A stretch of DNA of 34,318 bases from Candidatus Pacearchaeota archaeon CG10_big_fil_rev_8_21_14_0_10_32_14 (GTDB taxonomy: Archaea > Nanobdellota > Nanobdellia > Pacearchaeales > GW2011-AR1), in assembly GCA_002763085.1 (NCBI GenBank), contig PFCY01000075.1, positions 1 through 34,318 of the forward strand, written 5' to 3'. The position numbers were made by a program, and so were the translations under genes. The notes beneath the pieces are model-generated. The model worked only from the letters and a program-made list of their open reading frames with translations, had not been told where the DNA came from and searched no databases. Positions 9,085 through 17,492 of this stretch are shown piece by piece; within the stretch, counting starts at the first letter, position 1, and the number at the start of each line of letters is the position of its first letter.

Positions 9085-9855
9085 CTAAACATTGAACAAT
9101 CTCGTAGGTGAATTATCTAAAGAAACAGATAAATTTGTATTAAGATCACTTCTTTCTCTTAAAAGATTTCCAAAAGTATTCATAGCAACATCTGGAGAAT
9201 TATTCGTTTTGCTTATATGAGAAAGGACAATATGTTTTAATCTTCTATGTCCATGCTCGAGAACAGCAAGCGCCGCTTGATTATTTGACAAATGTCCCAA
9301 ATCACTCTTCACCCACTTCTTCAGAAATGCGGGATAACCTCCATTTTCAAGCATCTTGATGTCATGATTAGATTCAATGAACAAAAAATCGGATTTTGAG
9401 ATTTTGTCGTGAATATTCTCGCAAGCATAACCAGCATCGGTGATCACACAAGCTACTTTATTTTTATCTGAGATTGAATACGATACAGGGTCCGCAGCTT
9501 TATGCGATTTTTTGAATGCTTCAATTTCAAATTCTCCTATATCGACTATATCATTATTTTTTATTGGATTTATCAAATTTCTATTAGAGCATAAATGTCC
9601 ATTAGTAATTGTTCCCTTCGTTGCAAATATTGGAATATTATATCTTCTTGAGAAGACATCCACTCCGATGATATGATCTGTATGTTCATGCGTTATAAAA
9701 ATTCCTTTTATTTTTTCAACTTGACAATTAAGCAAATTAAGTCTTTCCTCAACTCTTTTCGCACTTATTCCAATATCTACCAAAATTGCAGAATCATTTT
9801 TCTCAATATAAAAACAATTACCACTAGATCCAGACGATAACGCAGATACTTTCAT
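9085..9855 (-). CDS. MBL-fold metallo-hydrolase
   Basis: 256 aa. Metal-binding motif HEHTDH. YycJ-like small MBL architecture. Confidence 0.85.
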   Translation of the reverse strand: MKVSALSSGSSGNCFYIEKNDSAILVDIGISAKRVEERLNLLNCQVEKIKGIFITHEHTDHIIGVDVFSRRYNIPIFATKGTITNGHLCSNRNLINPIKNNDIVDIGEFEIEAFKKSHKAADPVSYSISDKNKVACVITDAGYACENIHDKISKSDFLFIESNHDIKMLENGGYPAFLKKWVKSDLGHLSNNQAALAVLEHGHRRLKHIVLSHISKTNNSPDVAMNTFGNLLRERSDLNTNLSVSLDNSPTRLFNV

Positions 9856-9944
9856 TTAAACCTCTTTTTCTTATGACAATGACGAAAAATAAGTATTTAA
9901 CTTTTGTGATTAAGATTAGGCTATCACATATTACAAAATTTAAT

Positions 9945-9989
9945 TTAATCGTTATACCCCGCAGCTCTGCTGCGACTGGGTCGTTGATT
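9945..9989 (+). repeat. 45-nt GC-rich hairpin repeat
   Basis: ttaatcgttataccccgcagctctgctgcgactgggtcgttgatt. The reverse complement of 16786-16829 matches at 43/45 positions. Stem cgcagc/gctgcg with loop tct. Confidence 0.8.
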
Positions 9990-10067
9990 TATTTAATATA
10001 GAGGTTTTGTTTGGTAATCGGGAGGTATTCAATTTGGATGAGATACTCCTAGCCCTAAATTGAGGGG

Positions 10068-10293
10068 TATCCTTACACAAATCTCTAAAGATCATAACAA
10101 AAATAATATTTGAATTTTATCTCTATTAAAAATTTTTGGATTAATTTTTCTGTACGATCAAATTCTGACGAAGTCAAATTTGAGAGCATTAATCTGCGAA
10201 GCAGCAAAATATTAATCAATTTTTCTTTTCCCCTCCCAGATTAGGGGGAATCGGATTCAAAAAACAAAAATTAAAAAGATTTTCAACAGAGTC
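10068..10293 (+). repeat. Intergenic mosaic repeat, copy B
   Basis: Same ordered blocks as 8771-9058. The preceding 9991-10040 resembles the left part of the 5551-5600 element (tagagRttttgtttggta). Confidence 0.8.
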
Positions 10294-10304
10294 TTTAGAA
10301 CAAA

Positions 10305-10317
10305 AAATTTTAAATAC
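10305..10317 (+). promoter_or_regulatory. TATA box (aaattttaaatac) for aspartate kinase
   Basis: Centred about 27 nt upstream of ATG 10338. Confidence 0.5.
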
Positions 10318-10337
10318 TCATCCGAAATATCTTTTTC

Positions 10338-11678
10338 ATGTCAAAATATGTCATGAAGTTTGGAGGAACCTCTCTCAAAGACGCCACTGCCATAGAAAGG
10401 GCGCACAAGATTGTAAAAGATTTTTACGGAAAAAATAATCCAGATCAGCTCATCATCGTTGTTTCTGCTGCAGGCAAACTTGGAGATGGACCATTAGAAG
10501 ACAAAGTCACAGATCTTCTTGAAAATATTTACAGAAACGAAAATCCGATCGCATCAAAAAACGAGGTCATAAGAAGATACAAAGATATTGCAGAGACTTT
10601 TGACGTTTTCTCTCCAGATGATTTGCTCCAAGAATTGAGCGAAGAGAACTCATCTGGATCAGACAAAGATTATTCAAGGATCGTTTCATATGGTGAAAGA
10701 CTTTCATCGCAGATTGTAAATGCGGTATTCTCAAAAGATTTAGAATCGATTGTTTTAGATTATGATCAATTTGGTATGGTAACATTAGGGGACAGAGACG
10801 CTGTTGCATCGTATGATTCCACCTATGAAATAGAAAGACAGCTGAAAAGAAAAGGTCCGATAGTGGTTCTTCCGGGATTTTTAGGATATAACTCTAATGG
10901 TGAAGTCACAACTTTAGGAAGAGATGGGAGCAATTATACTGCAACAAAGGTTGGGGAGGCGATTTTAACTCAAGGTGTTTTCATATTCAGCGATGAACCT
11001 GGAGTCCGAAGAGCAAATCCTAAAATAGTTTCAGACGCTGAAGTCCTTAAAGAGATGAGTTACAATGAAGCGATTGAATTTGCTGAACTCGGCGCAAAAA
11101 TAATTAATGCAAAATCCATAGAACCTGCAAAAAATCAAAACATACCGATTCATATTGTTGACGAAAGATACAAAGGAACAACGATATCCGGAAATGTCAG
11201 TCTTGAACACCAAGGTGCAAAGATAATCGCTTCTTCTCCCAACCACTCAATTTTAAGTATTCATTATGATACAGACAAACCTGGAGTCCTAGCAGACGTC
11301 GCAAAAAAATTCGCAGATTCTAAAATAAATATTGAATGTATAGCCGACGAAAGACATGCATTAAGTGTCGCCTACCTTTCATCATCTAAGGGCGACCTCT
11401 CAAAATTATTGAGACATTTTGATTCTAGTTACAAATTAAGTTTAGAAAACTCGTTTGCTAGGATATCTATAATCGGTGAGGAGATGCGAAATCAAGTCGG
11501 AGTTTTAGCAAAAATTGCACAATCATTCCAAGACGGCGGAATATCAATAGAGATGATAAGTCAGGCATTGACGCAACTGAACGTCACAACTTTTGTTCCT
11601 CAAGAATATGAACGGATCGCTGTTAAAAGATTATATGACGATTTGTTCAGGAATAATGGTAATTCATCAGATGAATAA
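10338..11678 (+). CDS. lysC: aspartate kinase
   Basis: 446 aa. VMKFGGTSL start, amino-acid kinase fold, two C-terminal ACT-like regions (KPGVLADVAKKFADSKINIE, QVGVLAKIAQSFQDGGISIEMISQ). Confidence 0.9.
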   Translation: MSKYVMKFGGTSLKDATAIERAHKIVKDFYGKNNPDQLIIVVSAAGKLGDGPLEDKVTDLLENIYRNENPIASKNEVIRRYKDIAETFDVFSPDDLLQELSEENSSGSDKDYSRIVSYGERLSSQIVNAVFSKDLESIVLDYDQFGMVTLGDRDAVASYDSTYEIERQLKRKGPIVVLPGFLGYNSNGEVTTLGRDGSNYTATKVGEAILTQGVFIFSDEPGVRRANPKIVSDAEVLKEMSYNEAIEFAELGAKIINAKSIEPAKNQNIPIHIVDERYKGTTISGNVSLEHQGAKIIASSPNHSILSIHYDTDKPGVLADVAKKFADSKINIECIADERHALSVAYLSSSKGDLSKLLRHFDSSYKLSLENSFARISIIGEEMRNQVGVLAKIAQSFQDGGISIEMISQALTQLNVTTFVPQEYERIAVKRLYDDLFRNNGNSSDE

Positions 11679-11801
11679 TCTTCTAAAGATAGATATAATT
11701 GAGTTCTTTATTGTTTTTATTCTTCAAAACAACTTTTTATAAATTTTATAGACATTCTTAATCACAAATAAACTTAAAAACGCCAATTTGTTATGAAATA
11801 A

Positions 11802-12002
11802 ATGGGATTTGATGATTTTAAATTACCTCCATTAAAAGAGTTGAAAGATGAGAGAAGAGAAAATTCTATTTGTAAGAAATGCAATGATACTGGAATAGTC
11901 AAAGAATCTAACGGCAGCGTCCATGTATGTTTCGACTGTTTAAACGCAGGAAGACTTGATGTACATACCAAAGACCTAAAAAAATCCGGTGTAAAGATAT
12001 AA
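11802..12002 (+). CDS. small zinc-ribbon protein
   Basis: 66 aa with CKKC...CFDC. TATA-like cttaaaaacg lies about 25 nt upstream. Preferred over the overlapping minus-strand ORF 11774-11971. Confidence 0.45.
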   Translation: MGFDDFKLPPLKELKDERRENSICKKCNDTGIVKESNGSVHVCFDCLNAGRLDVHTKDLKKSGVKI

Positions 12003-12021
12003 ATTAATGTTTTTTGAAATC

Positions 12022-12732
12022 TTATTTTCTGATTAATTTCAAAGCTAAATCATAAACTTCTTCGGCAATATCTTGAGGTGTTCTAAGTGAATTCATAGTC
12101 CCATCTGGAGCGCAATCTATTTTAGCCCATTTCCACCAAAAATGTTTTGATAAATGAAGATAAGATTCTTCTGCTCGTTTTAGATGTTCAGAATTAATTT
12201 CATGTCCATCAGGTTCCTCTCCCCGTCGTTTTCTTAGTTCAAATGCAACATTACATGGCATATATAGAAAAATGACTCCTTTCTCTTCTGGAATCTTTAA
12301 AGTATCAACTTCAAGCATTTTAATAAAATCAAATATGAGCATTCTCTTTGATTCATCAATTATTTTTCCACCTTGATGGGCCATATTAGATTGGTAGTAT
12401 CGGTCAAGAACTAAATGAGTTCCACTCTCAAGAATCTGCTCCATTTCATGCGCCGCTGCCATCCTATCCGCAGCATAATATAAAGATGCAATATGAGGAT
12501 CAACTTTGTCAGCATCCCCAAACCATGCTTTATCTTCATTCCATTTTGGATTTGATTTTCCAAGATAAGCTTGCGCAATCACTCTTCCCGTCGGCGTTTC
12601 ATATCTCGGAAAAGAAATATGTTTTGTAGTATTGCCTTCTTTATTTAATCTATCGACGAGCATCTTGGTTTGAGTCTCTTTTCCTGATGCATCTGTCCCT
12701 TCAATTACAATTAATGATCCATATTTTGTCAT
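12022..12732 (-). CDS. tmk: thymidylate kinase
   Basis: 236 aa. P-loop LIVIEGTDASGKETQ, DRY motif (LDRYYQS). 4-nt overlap with the upstream thyX. Confidence 0.85.
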   Translation of the reverse strand: MTKYGSLIVIEGTDASGKETQTKMLVDRLNKEGNTTKHISFPRYETPTGRVIAQAYLGKSNPKWNEDKAWFGDADKVDPHIASLYYAADRMAAAHEMEQILESGTHLVLDRYYQSNMAHQGGKIIDESKRMLIFDFIKMLEVDTLKIPEEKGVIFLYMPCNVAFELRKRRGEEPDGHEINSEHLKRAEESYLHLSKHFWWKWAKIDCAPDGTMNSLRTPQDIAEEVYDLALKLIRK

Positions 12733-14384
12733 ATTACCCTCTCCGCCATAACTTTTTCAATTGAATATCTTTCTTCCCCATCTTTCGCCCGCCAAACTGG
12801 AACACCGCAGTATCTATCCTTTTCAGGACAATAAGGTTTATCGCCAGAATCATGTCTTAAATAACAAGGAGGTCCGAACATTCCCTTAAGTTCCGGATGA
12901 ACACTCTCGACATCTTGTCTTTGCTGAAGAGTAATTCTTCCAATTTCTTCTTGCGCATTCAAACATTCTCTTTTTGTATCTTTTTGAGCAAAATTGAGGA
13001 GATCAACATTTTCCCTATATCTTATAGCTACTGCATTAGGGAGTATATAATTCGCCATCTCAGGACTAACATTCATATCGATGAGTTTATTTCTATATCC
13101 CCAAATTCTTTGCATTCCTTCACAGTATTCAACAACAGCTTGATCTCCAGAAGCTTTTACAAGCGACGGAATAATATAATCTGGTTGCCGTCCAACAACG
13201 TTTTCTAAAATAGGTCTTGTTGCAGGACTCATTCTTTGTCTTTGAGCTTGAGAATCTGCGGTATGACTTAATTTGACAGCAAATGTAAAATGGGGAATAT
13301 TTCCTGCACGAGAAAGTTTTGTAGTATGATCGAGCGTCAAAGTCATTCCTCTTAGAGTATTATAAGACGGATCAATCACAATTCTAATTGCTTCTTTGTC
13401 AGATAAAGAACTTCTAGGAAGTCCAAGTATGTCTCTTACAGAATTTGCCATTTCTTGTACAGCATGAGGTTTATAATCAACTAATCTTGAACGTCTATCT
13501 TCACCAAGTGTTCTATCAAATCCAAGAACATTATCAAATTCGGCCCTCCATTGAGCGAGTTCATTCTCTCTATTACTTCCCAAATATGATTTGGATTTAT
13601 GTTCTATAAATCTCTCTTTTTCTATTGAAGGTTTAATGAGTCCAAGATCTTTGTATTCAGGATTTCTTTCTAAAACTAAATCTACCATTTTCTTGACAAT
13701 GTAACGAATTTCTGTTGGTACATCGGATGAATTAAGTGCACTTTGATACCGTGCAAGGGTAATAAAATTTATTGAATGATAAAGATTTGCATGCATTGCG
13801 ATAGGAGAAAAATATCTCGCGACTTCTTGAGTCTTTTTATGGATCTCGGAATCATATTTTTTTATTTTCTTTTGATCTGTAAGTTTTTCTCTCGATGGAA
13901 ATCTTTCAAAGTAAGCTTCTTTAGCCGCAGGTAAAAGAGTTTCATTCCTAAATTTTTCATACATACTCATTTGAAATTCAATACATTCTTCATACACTTC
14001 TCGAGCTTTATCTTCAAGATTTGGAATAATAACTCCAGCCTTACTCATCGGAACATATCTTTGTGACACTTGTTCAGAATTATAAAAAGGATGTGTGTGA
14101 AAAAAACTCCAAAGCGCCTGCCTGCTCACTCCGCTTATTCCAAAATTGAAATTCGTATGCTGATATACAGTATGATGTCCTGCTTGCCAAGTGCCGCTCG
14201 AAATATTTCTTGCTAGTTCAATCTTTTCTTCAATCTCGTCCGGATCAACTAATTTAGAAGAATAACAGGATCTCGCTGCTGCAATAGCCAGATTAAAATC
14301 CGCATTAGGAGGATAATCTACCCTGATTAATTTAACTTTTGGGACTAAAGAATCAAAATTTTCGTACCACTCTTTTTCATCCAT
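12729..14384 (-). CDS. thyX: FAD-dependent thymidylate synthase ThyX-like, fused double-domain form
   Basis: 551 aa. First half has GHHTVYQHTNFNFGISGVSRQALWSFFHTHPFYNSEQVSQRY (ThyX signature with HTH in place of RHR). Second half has SQAQRQRMSPATRP (RQR in place of RHR). Confidence 0.75.
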   Translation of the reverse strand: MDEKEWYENFDSLVPKVKLIRVDYPPNADFNLAIAAARSCYSSKLVDPDEIEEKIELARNISSGTWQAGHHTVYQHTNFNFGISGVSRQALWSFFHTHPFYNSEQVSQRYVPMSKAGVIIPNLEDKAREVYEECIEFQMSMYEKFRNETLLPAAKEAYFERFPSREKLTDQKKIKKYDSEIHKKTQEVARYFSPIAMHANLYHSINFITLARYQSALNSSDVPTEIRYIVKKMVDLVLERNPEYKDLGLIKPSIEKERFIEHKSKSYLGSNRENELAQWRAEFDNVLGFDRTLGEDRRSRLVDYKPHAVQEMANSVRDILGLPRSSLSDKEAIRIVIDPSYNTLRGMTLTLDHTTKLSRAGNIPHFTFAVKLSHTADSQAQRQRMSPATRPILENVVGRQPDYIIPSLVKASGDQAVVEYCEGMQRIWGYRNKLIDMNVSPEMANYILPNAVAIRYRENVDLLNFAQKDTKRECLNAQEEIGRITLQQRQDVESVHPELKGMFGPPCYLRHDSGDKPYCPEKDRYCGVPVWRAKDGEERYSIEKVMAERVI

Positions 14385-14527
14385 AAAATCACAATAAATT
14401 TTTATCTTTTTAAAGAAATATCTTATTGAGAATATATTTAGTCATGCAACTTATTAATTTAAATCTTTATTTTCAAGTAACAACAACAAAATGCAATTTT
14501 TATATAGTTAACAATAGTTAATAAATT

Positions 14528-14962
14528 ATGAAACAATGGCACGAGTTGCTTCAAGAGCATCTCTTGATTCGTGGTTTGTTGGATCAGCTTGAGGTATTTA
14601 TAATTGAGCAAGATGAAATCGACCTAGATAAACTTTCCCGTACCCTTTCAAATATTGACACGTTATGGAATGCCCACGAAGAAAAAGAGGAAAAATTTCT
14701 TAAAAAAATAAGTGATTGGGGTGTTAATCTTCCAAATGAAAAGATGATCATTGAAGAACACAGAGAAATAAGGGGGCACTGGAAAATTCTTCAGAAATCT
14801 TTGAAAAGTAAAAATAAACAAGAAGTTTTGGTGACTCTAGACACAGACGGTAAAATGGTCATAGAAAAATTTAGAAGCCATATGGCAAGAGAAGAAGGGT
14901 CTATTCAAAAAGCTTTGATGACCTCAAATCCTTTGCCTAATCAACTCGAGGGTAATTTTTAG
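14528..14962 (+). CDS. hemerythrin-like (HHE cation-binding) domain protein
   Basis: 144 aa with repeated H/E pairs: WHELLQEH, NAHEEKEEKF, EEHREIRGH, SHMAREE. Confidence 0.6.
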   Translation: MKQWHELLQEHLLIRGLLDQLEVFIIEQDEIDLDKLSRTLSNIDTLWNAHEEKEEKFLKKISDWGVNLPNEKMIIEEHREIRGHWKILQKSLKSKNKQEVLVTLDTDGKMVIEKFRSHMAREEGSIQKALMTSNPLPNQLEGNF

Positions 14963-14998
14963 AAATTAATTTTAAATTGTATTTATTAAGAATTCAGT

Positions 14999-15286
14999 TT
15001 ATTCTATTCTGTACTGCTCTAATACTTCTCTACTCCTACTACTGCTAAACCTACTTAGATCGTTGACCTGTCCAACTACGAGATTTCCATCAGTATAGAT
15101 TTCGTTTCCTTGAGCTGAAATATAATCTCCAACTCTCAATGCTGTTGAACCCTGATATTTAACACTATTGATTTTAACATCTGAGGAATTATTAAGGATA
15201 AATAAAGTCGAGTCACCAGTAGAAGTCGTTCTTTGTACTAGACCACTTATTTTTCCTCTTATATGAAAAGTTTTTTTCTCAGCCAT
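14999..15286 (-). CDS. hypothetical protein (possibly OB-fold)
   Basis: 95-aa ORF with beta-rich pattern. No family recognised. Confidence 0.4.
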   Translation of the reverse strand: MAEKKTFHIRGKISGLVQRTTSTGDSTLFILNNSSDVKINSVKYQGSTALRVGDYISAQGNEIYTDGNLVVGQVNDLSRFSSSRSREVLEQYRIE

Positions 15287-15392
15287 TTTATTCCAAGAAA
15301 TAAATCCTTTTTAAATATTATACCGATGAATATATATGATGACATTTCAAACCTTCCTTCATCTCAATTTTCTAGAAACGTAGCTTGCCATT

Positions 15393-15425
15393 CAAATTTC
15401 AATCCAATTCATTCGGTGGAAAAAT
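15393..15425. repeat. Degenerate copy of the small AT-rich hairpin at 16841-16874
   Basis: caaatttcaatccaattcattcggtggaaaaatt compared with aaaatttcaatccgatttactcggttgaaatttt. Confidence 0.5.
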
Positions 15426-15502
15426 TAGTATCTTACCTAAAATTTCGTTAGAAATTTTACCTAGTCTTTCTGTTAATTTTAATTAGAATGGCTAATCTTT
15501 GA

Positions 15503-15811
15503 TTAGTCTTTCATCTCAATTTTGATATTGACAGATTTAGGAATTCTAAGTCTCATGATATGATGCAGAACCTTTTCGTTGGCTGGAAGATCAATCAGTC
15601 TTTTATGTATCCTCATCTCAAATCTATCAAAAGTAGCAGTCCCATCACCACAAGGCGATTTTCTTGTTGTTATCTTGAGTTTCTTTGTTGGCAGTGGAAC
15701 AGGCCCTCTAGGAATAATTCCGGATTTTTTTGCAATATCAATTATAGAATTACAAATATCATTAAGCATATTGATATCAATACTATTTAACCGAATTCTT
15801 ACTGTTGGCAT
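15503..15811 (-). CDS. rps10: 30S ribosomal protein uS10 (archaeal S10)
   Basis: 102 aa. PLPTKKLKITTRKSPCGDGTATFDRFEMRIHKRLIDL is the conserved uS10 core. TATA ggtttttaaactaa lies about 25 nt upstream. Confidence 0.95.
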   Translation of the reverse strand: MPTVRIRLNSIDINMLNDICNSIIDIAKKSGIIPRGPVPLPTKKLKITTRKSPCGDGTATFDRFEMRIHKRLIDLPANEKVLHHIMRLRIPKSVNIKIEMKD

Positions 15812-15848
15812 GGATTATGAATAAAAAATTAGTTTAAAAACCTTATGA

Positions 15849-16727
15849 TTACCTTCTTCCGCTTCTTAGATTATCAAGCTCTCTTCTGTCCCTCTCAAGC
15901 CTATCTTCCGCTTCTTTTATTCTATCTTGATTTTTAACGATGTTGAGTTGTTCCTGTGCTTTCCTGAGGCGCATTTCAGCATCTTCAATTTCCTTTTTTA
16001 TCGATCCAGTATTCTTAGTTTCTTTCTGGATATCCGACAATTTTCTTACTTTAATTTGCGATTGAGGAGGTTCATAATCATCATATACCGACTTTCTTTT
16101 TGAAACCCTTTTAGATATGAGAAATATTGCAATAGCTAATAATAAAACTCCTCCAATAATATAATAAGTCATATTAGACATCAAAAATGAAGATTTATTT
16201 TGCCCAGTTATTAAACCAGTTCCACCAACTTTTTCTAAATTTATATCATTGTTCGGTTTCTGACTATCATCAATGACGACAGAGGGATCAACAACAACAG
16301 TATCATTATCTTCTATAGTTAATTCAGTATTATTACTGACTATTATAATCGAGGAATTCGTATCAGTTGTTGAATTAGAGACTACTTCTGTAGGAACATA
16401 ATTATCAGGAAATACTTCCAAATTTATATCTGAACTTGTTGATAAATCCTTAAAGACTTTACTCGTCACTTTTTTCCCAAATATTGAAACAAAAACAATA
16501 ACTCTTAATGTACTCGCACTGCCTGCATATTGATAGGTGATTGTATCGGAGTTGGAAGTATTTGTTTTATAAATATCAAAAACTTCAGATGAATCTCCTT
16601 GATAAACAGTTATTGTTACATCATGATCAGGAATTGTTTTAACAGTTATAGGAACTTCAGCCGACACAACTCCAACGAGAAACACTACCAATAAAATTAA
16701 TGAAACATTCAACACACTCTTTTTCAT
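15849..16727 (-). CDS. type I membrane protein with Ser/Thr/Asn-rich ectodomain and cytoplasmic coiled coil
   Basis: 292 aa. Signal peptide, TM helix YYIIGGVLLLAIAIFLI, charged C-terminal heptad-like tail. Confidence 0.6.
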   Translation of the reverse strand: MKKSVLNVSLILLVVFLVGVVSAEVPITVKTIPDHDVTITVYQGDSSEVFDIYKTNTSNSDTITYQYAGSASTLRVIVFVSIFGKKVTSKVFKDLSTSSDINLEVFPDNYVPTEVVSNSTTDTNSSIIIVSNNTELTIEDNDTVVVDPSVVIDDSQKPNNDINLEKVGGTGLITGQNKSSFLMSNMTYYIIGGVLLLAIAIFLISKRVSKRKSVYDDYEPPQSQIKVRKLSDIQKETKNTGSIKKEIEDAEMRLRKAQEQLNIVKNQDRIKEAEDRLERDRRELDNLRSGRR

Positions 16728-16785
16728 AACTAAAACAAATAAACGATGTTTTTAAATTTTATTGTATAGAAAAATAACATAAATA

Positions 16786-16829
16786 ATCAACGACCCAACC
16801 GCAGCAGAGCTGCGGGGTATAACGATTAA
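16786..16829 (-). repeat. 45-nt GC-rich hairpin repeat (inverted copy of 9945-9989)
   Basis: 43/45 identity after reverse complement. Stem ccgcagc/gctgcgg. Confidence 0.8.
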
Positions 16830-16840
16830 ATCAAATCTCA

Positions 16841-16874
16841 AAAATTTCAATCCGATTTACTCGGTTGAAATTTT
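16841..16874. repeat. Perfect 10-bp inverted repeat hairpin
   Basis: aaaatttcaa (16841-16850) pairs with ttgaaatttt (16865-16874). Lies downstream of the DUF2283 gene, so it may be a terminator-like structure. Confidence 0.6.
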
Positions 16875-16910
16875 GCTATAGTTCGTCCTAAAAAATCACC
16901 TTGCGATTTT

Positions 16911-17135
16911 TTATTTAAACTTACTTGCATTAAGAATCGTTAAACCGACGACCTCGCCATTTCTTTTATGAACTAGAATATTATCCTGCATTACGCTATC
17001 GTCGGCATTCTGTGGTTTTTCAAAACTAATATAAAGAACATCTGTTTCACTATCAAAATCTATCCATAATGGCTTAGCTATCTTCACAAATTCCGGAATC
17101 ATCTTCTCGACTTTATTTATCAATTGTTTTTCCAT
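16911..17135 (-). CDS. DUF2283-family protein (putative antitoxin partner)
   Basis: 74 aa. WIDFDSETDVLYISFEKP...GEVVGLTILNASKF matches the DUF2283 pattern (YDxExDxLYI ... GIEILxAS). 16-nt overlap with the upstream toxin-like ORF. Confidence 0.7.
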   Translation of the reverse strand: MEKQLINKVEKMIPEFVKIAKPLWIDFDSETDVLYISFEKPQNADDSVMQDNILVHKRNGEVVGLTILNASKFK

Positions 17136-17398
17136 AATATTTTCCTATCTTTCCTGACTCTATCTATCTCACTTGTAATAAATGAGGTTATGACAAATCC
17201 ATCTCGGTCATTTACTTCTCTATATATAACTACAATGTGCTTCTTATTAAGCTTTTTGATGGCGATCCTTTCAACCTCATCCCCCTCAATAATCTCTTCT
17301 GGAGATTTGATTGTTTCAAGAACTACGTCGCTAAGCCCAGACATATAATCATGAGATTCGGTGATATGAAACTATCTTTCCTCTGTTAATCTTATCAT
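17120..17398 (-). pseudogene. toxin-like gene (paralog of 32434-32739) interrupted by in-frame TAG
   Basis: Reading MIRLTEER*FHITESHDYMSGLSDVV... aligns with KIRLTKERWGHITSPESLHPY... of the paralog. The TAG at 17372-17374 aligns with the conserved Trp. The ORF track only shows the downstream 74-aa part (17120-17344). Shared C-terminal motif DGF[VI]TSFIT. Confidence 0.55.
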
Positions 17399-17492
17399 TA
17401 CTTTATTTTTTGAAAGAGTATAGCCGATCATTTGTATAAAATAATTTAAAACTATCTAAATGTTTCTATAAATTAGATTTTTTATTTCCAAA

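Noticed and set aside
15263-15451. 62-aa ORF in the intergenic region upstream of 14999-15286
   Set aside because: It overlaps the start of the opposite-strand gene and a degenerate hairpin repeat. No promoter spacing or family signal.
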